Positions 34,023 to 41,111 of a stretch of 64,000 nt of DNA are shown in pieces (positions within the stretch are counted from its first letter, which is position 1; each line of letters starts with the position of its first letter). The notes below the pieces were generated by a model, which was given only the letters and a program-made list of their open reading frames with translations, had not been told where the DNA came from and made no database searches. Both the position numbers and the translations under genes were made by a program. Origin of the DNA: Cytophagales bacterium (GTDB taxonomy: Bacteria > Bacteroidota > Bacteroidia > Cytophagales > VRUD01); NCBI GenBank assembly GCA_019456305.1, contig VRUD01000002.1, forward strand, positions 20,118 to 84,117. Direction: 5' to 3'.

Positions 34023-35783
34023 ATGGAAGTAAAAAGATTATTCGACATTCCTGCTTACCAGCTTGAAAAGTATCCACAGGAAGATGCTCTGGCTGCTAAG
34101 GTAGATGGCAAATGGGTTAAATACAGTACTGAAGATTTTATCGAACATGCCGCACAAATCAGCCTGGGGCTATTAGCGCTTGGCATAAAAAAAGATGACA
34201 AGGTGGCCATTGTTTCCAACAACCGGCCTGAATGGAACTTTGTGGATATTGGCATTCTTCAGACTGGCGCCATCAACGTACCGCTATATCCCAATATCAG
34301 TGAAGATGAGTATAAATTTTGCCTCAATGATGCAGAAGTGCAAATCGTCTTTGTTTCTGATGAAGACCTGTATAAAAAAGTCAACAGCATTAAAAAAGAT
34401 GTTCCCAGCCTGAGAGAGATCTATACTTTTAACAGGGTGCAGGGAGCCAACCACTGGACGGAAGTTTTAGAGCTGGCTATTGATGGAGAAAGATCAAAAA
34501 TTGATGAAATAAGCGCAACGATCAAGCCTGATGGTTTAGCTACGATCATATACACTTCCGGTACTACCGGGACTCCCAAAGGCGTAATGCTTTCGCATAG
34601 CAATATTATAAGCAACCTTTTGGCAACCATAGACATGCTGCCTATAGATCATACACATAAAGCATTGAGCTTTCTGCCTCTTAATCATTCTTTTGAACGC
34701 ATGGCCTCCTACGTTTACATGTACGCAGGTGTTTCTATCTATTATGCAGAAAGCAAGGATACGATCGCAGATAATCTGAAAGAGATACATCCACATTTTT
34801 TTACTACCGTTCCAATGCTTTTGGAAAAAGTATATGATAAGATCAATCAGAAAGGACTGGAGCTGACAGGGATAAAAAGAAAATTGTTTTTCTGGGCAGT
34901 AAACCTTGGCCTGGAGTATGAGCTGCAAGGAAAAAGCTGGTGGTATCGTTTCAAGTTAAAATTGGCCAATAAGCTGATTTTCAGTAAATGGCGTGAAGCT
35001 TTGGGCGGTAATATCGTTTGTATTATTTCAGGAGGTGCAGCGCTGCAAGCCAGGCTGGCAAGGGTTTTTACTGCAGGCAATATTCATATCCTGGAAGGTT
35101 ATGGCCTCACCGAGACTTCACCTGTAATATCTACAAACTGTTTAGAATTTGAATCCAGAAAATTTGGCACTGTAGGCGCCGTTATCCAGGATGTGGAAGT
35201 TAAAATTGCCGAAGATGGCGAAATTCTCTCTAAAGGGCCTAACGTGATGATGGGATATTATAAAAGAGATGATCTGACCAAAGAGGTCATTGATCAGGAC
35301 GGCTGGTTCCACACAGGTGATATAGGCATATTTGTAGATGAAAAGTTCTTAAAGATAACCGACAGGAAAAAAGAGCTGTTCAAAACTTCGGGCGGTAAAT
35401 ACGTTGCCCCGCAGCCGATTGAAAATAAATTTAAAGAATCGGTCTTTATAGACCAGATGATGGTGCTTGGTGAGAACCGCAAATTTGTCACTGCGCTCAT
35501 CACCCCATCTTTTGCCAATCTTGAAGATTGGTGCTCAAAAAATAACATTGCTTATTCATCAAAAGAGGAGCTTGTTAAAGACCCCAAAGTGGTTGGCAAA
35601 TACGAGGAAATAACCGGGCAGATGAACCAAAATTTCGGACATACCGAGCAGATCAAAAAATTTGAGCTCCTACCCAGTGAATGGACCGTTGAAACAAAAG
35701 AACTAACCCCTACCATGAAGCTGAAACGAAGGAACATTATGGAAAAGTATAAGGATCTGGTGGAGAAGATATATGATGTTTAG
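34023..35783 (+). CDS. Long-chain-fatty-acid--CoA ligase (AMP-dependent synthetase)
   Basis: 586 aa. 'IIYTSGTTGTPKGVMLSH', 'EGYGLTETSP', 'GWFHTGDIG', 'KTSGGKYVAPQ'. Confidence 0.95.
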   Translation: MEVKRLFDIPAYQLEKYPQEDALAAKVDGKWVKYSTEDFIEHAAQISLGLLALGIKKDDKVAIVSNNRPEWNFVDIGILQTGAINVPLYPNISEDEYKFCLNDAEVQIVFVSDEDLYKKVNSIKKDVPSLREIYTFNRVQGANHWTEVLELAIDGERSKIDEISATIKPDGLATIIYTSGTTGTPKGVMLSHSNIISNLLATIDMLPIDHTHKALSFLPLNHSFERMASYVYMYAGVSIYYAESKDTIADNLKEIHPHFFTTVPMLLEKVYDKINQKGLELTGIKRKLFFWAVNLGLEYELQGKSWWYRFKLKLANKLIFSKWREALGGNIVCIISGGAALQARLARVFTAGNIHILEGYGLTETSPVISTNCLEFESRKFGTVGAVIQDVEVKIAEDGEILSKGPNVMMGYYKRDDLTKEVIDQDGWFHTGDIGIFVDEKFLKITDRKKELFKTSGGKYVAPQPIENKFKESVFIDQMMVLGENRKFVTALITPSFANLEDWCSKNNIAYSSKEELVKDPKVVGKYEEITGQMNQNFGHTEQIKKFELLPSEWTVETKELTPTMKLKRRNIMEKYKDLVEKIYDV

Positions 35784-36009
35784 TGTCTAACATTTAAAAT
35801 TCTGACCCCGAGTGCTCGGGGGCAAAATATTTAGTTTTTGGTTGTTAGTTTTTGGTTATGGTTTGATAGTTTCTGGTTATAGTTTTTTAGTTTGTTGGTC
35901 GTGCCATGAGTCCGGCATTAGCAAACTATTGAACTAATGAACTAAAACTAACAACCAAATAACTAAAACTAAAAACCAAAAACCATGAACTAAAATTTTG
36001 GTTCTGGCA

Positions 36010-36816
36010 ATGAAATTAAAAATATACCAGATTGACGCTTTTACTGACAAATTATTTAGCGGGAATCCCGCGGCTGTTTGTCCATTAGAGGAATGGTTGC
36101 CTGAAAATATTTTGCAAAACATTGCAGCAGAAAATAATCTTGCTGAAACAGCATTTTATGTTAAACATAATGGTGAATTTGATATAAAATGGTTTACCCC
36201 CACTACCGAAGTAAGCTTATGCGGACATGCAACATTAGCTTCTGCCTGGGTTATATTTAACTACACGAAGTATGACAAAGACAAAATAATTTTTCAATCA
36301 AAAAGTGGGGAACTAACTGTTAAAAAAGAAAATGGTTTATTGACACTTAATTTTCCTGCCGGCCATATCGAAAAGATCCAAACCCCGCAAATAATTATAG
36401 AAGCGCTGAATATCACCCCCATTGAAACTTACAGGAGTCAGGCAAGCCATATGATAATCCTGAATTCCCAAAATGAGGTTGAGCAATTAAAACCTGATTT
36501 TCAAACCATATTAAAACTTGATTCGGAGGGACTAATAGTTACTGCTAAAGGAGACCGGTCAGACTTTGTTTCAAGATGCTTTTTTCCTAAAATGGGAATC
36601 GATGAAGATCCTGTAACAGGTTCAGCACATACAACTATGACATCCTATTGGGCTCCAAAACTTGGCAAAAATGAATTAACTGCTATACAACTTTCGAAGA
36701 GAAGAGGCGAGTTAAAATGTAAATTCCTGGATGATAGAGTTGAAATTAGCGGAAAAGCAAAAACTTACCTTATAGGAGAGATAGAAGTAGGTGGTAAGCA
36801 TGAATATAGTTTGTGA
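36010..36816 (+). CDS. PhzF-family isomerase
   Basis: 'MKLKIYQIDAFTDKLFSGNPAAV', 'NLAETAF', 'FTPTTEVSLCGHATLA', 'EDPVTGSAH'. ATG 36010 is preferred over the track's TTG at 35998. Confidence 0.9.
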   Translation: MKLKIYQIDAFTDKLFSGNPAAVCPLEEWLPENILQNIAAENNLAETAFYVKHNGEFDIKWFTPTTEVSLCGHATLASAWVIFNYTKYDKDKIIFQSKSGELTVKKENGLLTLNFPAGHIEKIQTPQIIIEALNITPIETYRSQASHMIILNSQNEVEQLKPDFQTILKLDSEGLIVTAKGDRSDFVSRCFFPKMGIDEDPVTGSAHTTMTSYWAPKLGKNELTAIQLSKRRGELKCKFLDDRVEISGKAKTYLIGEIEVGGKHEYSL

Positions 36817-37226
36817 AACAAAGAATAGCACATATAGCCCTATTAGTAAATGATTACGATGAAGCTATTAAATTTTATACGGAGAAATTAGATTTCGAAC
36901 TTATAGAAGATACAAAACTGAGTGAAACTAAACGTTGGGTGATGATTGCGCCTCCGGGAGCAAAAGAATGTTGTCTATTACTTGCGAAAGCCGTTGATGA
37001 TAAGCAATATGCATCTATAGGTAATCAAACCGGTGGCCGGGTGTTCCTTTTTTTGTTTACAGATGATTTTTGGAGAGATTACAATAAAATGTTGAAAAGG
37101 GAAATCCACTTTGTACGTACACCAAAGGAAGAAGAATATGGAACTGTAGCTGTTTTTGAAGATTTGTATGGGAATTTATGGGATTTGCTGGAACCTAATG
37201 ATAAAAACAAATGTATTCAACATTGA
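36813..37226 (+). CDS. VOC/glyoxalase-family protein
   Basis: 137 aa. 'IAHIALLVNDYDEAIKFYTEKLDFELIED', 'DLYGNLWDL'. 4-nt overlap with the PhzF gene. Confidence 0.85.
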   Translation: MKQRIAHIALLVNDYDEAIKFYTEKLDFELIEDTKLSETKRWVMIAPPGAKECCLLLAKAVDDKQYASIGNQTGGRVFLFLFTDDFWRDYNKMLKREIHFVRTPKEEEYGTVAVFEDLYGNLWDLLEPNDKNKCIQH

Positions 37227-37268
37227 TAAAAAAAGCGTATTAACAATTATAATTTAATGGAAAAGTTG

Positions 37269-37276
37269 TATTTTTG
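37269..37276 (+). promoter_or_regulatory. -7 box TATTTTTG for the mazEF(-fadB?) transcript
   Basis: 31 nt upstream of ATG 37307. Confidence 0.45.
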
Positions 37277-37306
37277 ATTATTCTTAAATCAACTTTATTT
37301 ATAATC

Positions 37307-37519
37307 ATGAATAATATGCAAATCCAAATTTCTACAGAAATAGATAAAAAACTTAAGCAGGTTTCAGATATATCAGGCTTCAGTGAAAAAGATATTATAG
37401 AAAGAGCTATTTTGTTTTACCTTGATACTATCCAGAAACAAATGCAATTAAAAAGTGAGTTTAAAGAATGGGATATGTTGAGTGATGAAGCTCTTGAAAA
37501 TTTTGAGAATATATTATGA
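37307..37519 (+). CDS. Ribbon-helix-helix antitoxin (MazE/CopG-like)
   Basis: 'MNNMQIQISTEIDKKLKQVSDISGFSEKDIIERAILFYLD'. ATG 37307 is preferred; the track's TTG at 37274 lies inside the TATTTTTG box (37269..37276). 4-nt overlap with the toxin gene. Confidence 0.7.
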   Translation: MNNMQIQISTEIDKKLKQVSDISGFSEKDIIERAILFYLDTIQKQMQLKSEFKEWDMLSDEALENFENIL

Positions 37520-37860
37520 AAAAAGGTGAAATCTGGTTAATTGAGATTCCACCTGTTAATGGTCGTGAACAGCGTGGCACAAGACCAGCCCTTATCTTAT
37601 CAGTATTGGAAGCAAATATAGTGATAATTCTTCCTTTTACTTCTAATCTTCAAGCATTGAGATTTCCTCACACAATTGAAATAAAACTTTCAAACAAAAA
37701 TGGTTTAAATTCAAATTCCATTGCCTTAGTGTTTCAAATAAGAGCGATTGATAAAAAGAGATTGAAAAATAAAATAGGCACATTAGAAACTAAAATTATA
37801 CAAAGAATTAATACAATGATTATTGATATTCTAAATTTAAAAATCAAACCAAAACAATGA
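37516..37860 (+). CDS. mazF: MazF/PemK-family endoribonuclease toxin
   Basis: 114 aa. 'KKGEIWLIEIPPVNGREQRGTRPALILS', '..LPFTSN'. Confidence 0.85.
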   Translation: MKKGEIWLIEIPPVNGREQRGTRPALILSVLEANIVIILPFTSNLQALRFPHTIEIKLSNKNGLNSNSIALVFQIRAIDKKRLKNKIGTLETKIIQRINTMIIDILNLKIKPKQ

Positions 37861-39977
37861 TAGATTACACCAAAGATCCGAACGGCATCGCCATTATCAG
37901 CTTCAACATGCCGGATACTGCTGTCAATGTGCTCAATAGGGCATCCATCAGCGCTTTTGAAAAGCACATCAACGAAGCGCTTGCCGACAAATCTGTAAAA
38001 GGGATCATCATTACCTCAAGTAAGCAGGATTTTATCGTTGGCGGAGACCTGAAGTTGATATTCTCTTTAAATGACGCAAAGGAGATCATGAAGATTTCCG
38101 GAAAATTCCATGCCATGCTTCGCAAAATGGAAACGGGTGGCAAGCCGGTGGTGGCTGCCATCAACGGAACTGCACTGGGAGGCGGCTATGAAGTATGCCT
38201 CGCGTGCCACCATCGTATTGCTGTCAATGATCCCAGGATACAGATCGGCTTACCTGAAGTGACGCTGGGATTATTGCCCGGAGGCGGAGGCACACAGCGT
38301 TTGCCGAGGATGATCGGGATACAACCATCTTTACAACCTCTCATGGAAGGCAGGAGAATGAGGCCAGGACAAGCGCTCGAAACCGGAATGGTGGATGAGC
38401 TTGTGTTAACTCCCGAAGAATTGCTCCCCGCAGCAAAAAAGTGGCTGCAAGAAGTCGGAAATGCTGTTCAACCCTGGGACCAGGAAAAATTTAAAATACC
38501 CGGGGGTGGTGTGCAAACGCCCAATAGTGCTATGGTTTTTGGTGCAACTGCCGGTTTGGTGCTGAAAAAAACATATGGCAATTACCCTGCCCCTCACGCT
38601 ATTCTGAACTGTGTGTTTGAAGGGTTGCAATTGCCTTTTGACCGGGCTTTGGTTGTTGAGTCCCGCTATCTTACTAAGTGCGTGTTGTCAAAAGAATCCA
38701 AAAACATGATCCGTACCTTGTTCTTCAGCATGAATGAAGCCAACAAGGGAGCGGCTCGTCCGGCAAACATTCCCAAAACCGTTTTTTTAAAAGTGGGCAT
38801 CCTGGGTGCCGGAATGATGGGTGCAGGTATCGCCTATGTTTCTGCAATGGCGGGCCTGGATGTTGTTTTAAAGGATGTGTCTAAAGAAGCTGCGGAAAAA
38901 GGGAAAAAGTATTCTGCTGACCTGTTGTCAAAACGGCTTTCCAAAAAAAGGATCACACAGGAAAAGATAGATGAAGTGCTGAGCAAAATTCATACAACAG
39001 ATAACCCAAAGGATTTAGCAGATTGTCAATTAGTCATTGAGGCTGTATTTGAGAACCGGGAGCTAAAAGCAGCGGTTACCAAAGAATCTGAATCCGTAAT
39101 GTCTTCAAAAGCTGTATTTGCTTCCAATACCTCTACCCTGCCTATTACCGGTTTGGCAGAAGCATCCTCAAGGCCCGAAAACTTCATCGGTCTTCATTTT
39201 TTTTCGCCTGTAGATAAAATGCAATTGGTGGAGATCATCATCGGCAAAAAGACTTCGGATTATGCTATTGCTATGGCAATAGATTATATCAGGCGAATTA
39301 AGAAAACGCCCATTGTGGTTAACGATGGAAGGGGCTTTTTTACATCAAGGGTTTTCAGGACTTACCTGTTTGAGGGTTTTGAGTGCCTTGCCGAAGGTAT
39401 TTCTCCTGCATTCATAGAAAATGCCGGTAAGCAGGCCGGCATGCCGGTTGGCCCGCTGGCAATCACCGATGAGGTAAGCATTGACCTGCTCTATAAGATC
39501 AACAAACAAACCGAAAAGGATACCGGGCAAAAACATGATGGCGCTGCTATCAAAGTAATGAATAGATTTATTGAGGAATTTAAGCGATCAGGTAAAAAGG
39601 AAGGCAAGGGGTTTTATGAATATCCGAACGGTGAGAAAAAATACCTTTGGCCTGAGCTGTCAAAATATTTTCCTTTGGCTGACAAGCAGCCGGATGCAAG
39701 AGAAGTTGGAAAACGCTTCTTGCATATCCAGGCGCTTGAGGCAGTAAAGGCATTTGAGGAGCACATCGTTACAACCCCTGCAGATGCTGATATCGGCTCT
39801 ATCCTGGGCATTGGCTTTCCGCCTTACACCGGTGGTGCATTGTCTTATATTGATATGATAGGCTTGAAACAATTTGTGGAAGAATGTAATGTTTTGGCTG
39901 ATAAATATGGCAAGCGTTTTAAACCTACTGACGGGTTGAAAAAAATGGCTGCGAAGGGAGCAAGTTTTTACAATTAA
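37857..39977 (+). CDS. Bifunctional enoyl-CoA hydratase / 3-hydroxyacyl-CoA dehydrogenase (FadB/FadJ-like)
   Basis: 706 aa. 'AAINGTALGGGYEVCLACHHR', Rossmann 'VGILGAGMMGAGIA', 'GLHFFSPV'. ATGA overlap with the mazF stop. Confidence 0.95.
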   Translation: MIDYTKDPNGIAIISFNMPDTAVNVLNRASISAFEKHINEALADKSVKGIIITSSKQDFIVGGDLKLIFSLNDAKEIMKISGKFHAMLRKMETGGKPVVAAINGTALGGGYEVCLACHHRIAVNDPRIQIGLPEVTLGLLPGGGGTQRLPRMIGIQPSLQPLMEGRRMRPGQALETGMVDELVLTPEELLPAAKKWLQEVGNAVQPWDQEKFKIPGGGVQTPNSAMVFGATAGLVLKKTYGNYPAPHAILNCVFEGLQLPFDRALVVESRYLTKCVLSKESKNMIRTLFFSMNEANKGAARPANIPKTVFLKVGILGAGMMGAGIAYVSAMAGLDVVLKDVSKEAAEKGKKYSADLLSKRLSKKRITQEKIDEVLSKIHTTDNPKDLADCQLVIEAVFENRELKAAVTKESESVMSSKAVFASNTSTLPITGLAEASSRPENFIGLHFFSPVDKMQLVEIIIGKKTSDYAIAMAIDYIRRIKKTPIVVNDGRGFFTSRVFRTYLFEGFECLAEGISPAFIENAGKQAGMPVGPLAITDEVSIDLLYKINKQTEKDTGQKHDGAAIKVMNRFIEEFKRSGKKEGKGFYEYPNGEKKYLWPELSKYFPLADKQPDAREVGKRFLHIQALEAVKAFEEHIVTTPADADIGSILGIGFPPYTGGALSYIDMIGLKQFVEECNVLADKYGKRFKPTDGLKKMAAKGASFYN

Positions 39978-39982
39978 CAGTT

Positions 39983-40133
39983 GAGTACACTCTAATAAGT
40001 CCAAAAAATAAAAATGCCACTAAAACACCAAAGCACTAAATCCCACAAAACCCTGAAAATCAATTAGTTAATTTTTAGTGGGATTTTGTGCTTTGGTGCT
40101 TTTGTGGCAAAAAAGACTTTTTAGAGTGGACTC
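39983..40133. repeat. Second copy of the same long-stem palindromic family, directly after the fadB-like stop
   Basis: gagtacactctaataagtc ... gccactaaaacaccaaagcactaaatcccacaaaa ... ttttagtgggattttgtgctttggtgcttttgtggc ... gactttttagagtggactc. Confidence 0.8.
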
Positions 40134-40176
40134 ACAGTTTCGTTTTTAAATAATTGTAAAATAAAAACCATATTGT

Positions 40177-40184
40177 TACCTTTG
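40177..40184 (+). promoter_or_regulatory. -7 box TACCTTTG upstream of tRNA-Asn
   Basis: 52 nt upstream of the mature tRNA 5' end. Confidence 0.45.
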
Positions 40185-40235
40185 CAGAAAATGAACTAAA
40201 GTGACCAATTTTAGTCATTTCAGGCATTTCTAATT

Positions 40236-40309
40236 GCCCTCTTAGCTCAGTTGGTTAGAGCGGATGACTGTTAATCATTAGGTCGTAGGTTCGAGTCCTA
40301 CAGAGGGCG
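40236..40309 (+). tRNA. tRNA-Asn (GTT)
   Basis: Hand-folded cloverleaf. Acceptor GCCCTCT/AGAGGGC, D arm GCTC/GAGC, anticodon stem GATGA/TCATT with loop CTGTTAA, T arm GTAGG-TTCGAGT-CCTAC, discriminator G. CCA is not encoded. Confidence 0.95.
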
Positions 40310-40311
40310 CT

Positions 40312-40415
40312 CATAACTATCCGCTAAATAGAACGCTGATGACGCTGATAAAACGGATAATCACAGATAAAAAATCAGCGCAAATCAGCTAAATCAGTGT
40401 CATCCGCGTTCTATT
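40312..40415. repeat. 104-nt MITE-like element, copy B (starts 3 nt after tRNA-Asn)
   Basis: See copy A; 103/104 identical by eye. Confidence 0.9.
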
Positions 40416-40445
40416 ACTTTTTTCCGTTAATTTTTTAGAGGATAC

Positions 40446-40517
40446 AAATAACCTTTACTGTTCTGGCATAATGGATAGACCTGAGATGGCGGTAATCTAT
40501 TTTCTATTTGTATTACC
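40446..40517 (-). pseudogene. Remnant (about 70 nt) of the 5' end of a fifth Reg_prop/Y_Y_Y paralog
   Basis: By eye about 85% identical, with two small indels, to 53241..53310 (the 'YTIENGLPQSQVYALLQDSKGYL' coding part of the 50624..53410 gene). Stops occur in every frame. Confidence 0.6.
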
Positions 40518-40761
40518 TCTTAAAATATTTTTTATTTTTTTCTTTCATCTTTTAAAAACGGTGGGGCTTGGACACACACTTGGATTTTGGGTTATGGTAA
40601 ATGCTTGAGAGAATGCCAAATATGTGTACAAGCGAAGTGTGGTTATTCTTTCAATTATTTGTAATGCAGATTATCAATAAAATAATTTATGTGCGGGGCA
40701 GGCCAGCTGAGATTTCCGAAGGTTTCCGGTAAATGGAAAAGGAACTAATACTATCTTACCT

Positions 40762-40998
40762 TTATTCATTATAAGGTTTGCCGTCTTTAAAAGAGTATAT
40801 ATCTTCTTCTTTAGCTTTTAAGAATTCAAAGGCAGGATTATTACTTATTGCTTTATTCCATAATTTTTCCTCTATTTCATTTTCTTCATTAATCAGAATA
40901 ATTACTCTGACATTTTTGCTGTTTTTCAAATTGACAGGATTGTTCAATTTCAGAATGCCACTGCTATCAATATTCCCTGTTGTTTCAATTGCTCTCAT
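40762..40998 (-). CDS. Orphan antitoxin-like protein (DUF104-like N-terminus)
   Basis: 78 aa. 'MRAIETTGNIDSSGILKLNNPVNLKNSKNVRVIILI' fits the DUF104-type antitoxin pattern. CAAATATA (-7 box, minus strand) at 41037..41044. No toxin ORF follows. Confidence 0.45.
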   Translation of the reverse strand: MRAIETTGNIDSSGILKLNNPVNLKNSKNVRVIILINEENEIEEKLWNKAISNNPAFEFLKAKEEDIYSFKDGKPYNE

Positions 40999-41111
40999 GG
41001 TATATGATGTTTTTTAAATGTACAGATACTCTTTTGCAAATATACAAATAAATTTTCAAAAAATATTCTGTGGGTATTTTTTCAATTGAAACGGGAAAAT
41101 TTATAAATTTA

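Noticed and set aside
34536-34928. 130-aa minus ORF and other antisense ORFs inside the acyl-CoA ligase, fadB-like and sensor genes (e.g. 39660..40004, 44959..45312, 45690..46100, 52981..53295)
   Set aside because: All are fully embedded antisense or out of frame in genes with strong motif support, and none has a recognisable domain.
40640-40740. GC-richer patch 'gtgcggggcaggccagctgagatttccgaaggtttccggtaaatgg' as a possible small RNA (SRP/6S/tmRNA fragment)
   Set aside because: It does not match the conserved cores of SRP RNA, tmRNA, RNase P or 6S RNA as I know them. It is left unassigned; a cmscan run would settle it.
40310-41111. Integrase or prophage / genomic-island boundary at tRNA-Asn
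   Set aside because: No integrase, excisionase or direct repeat of the tRNA 3' end is seen. Only a MITE, a paralog fossil and an orphan antitoxin-like ORF lie there.
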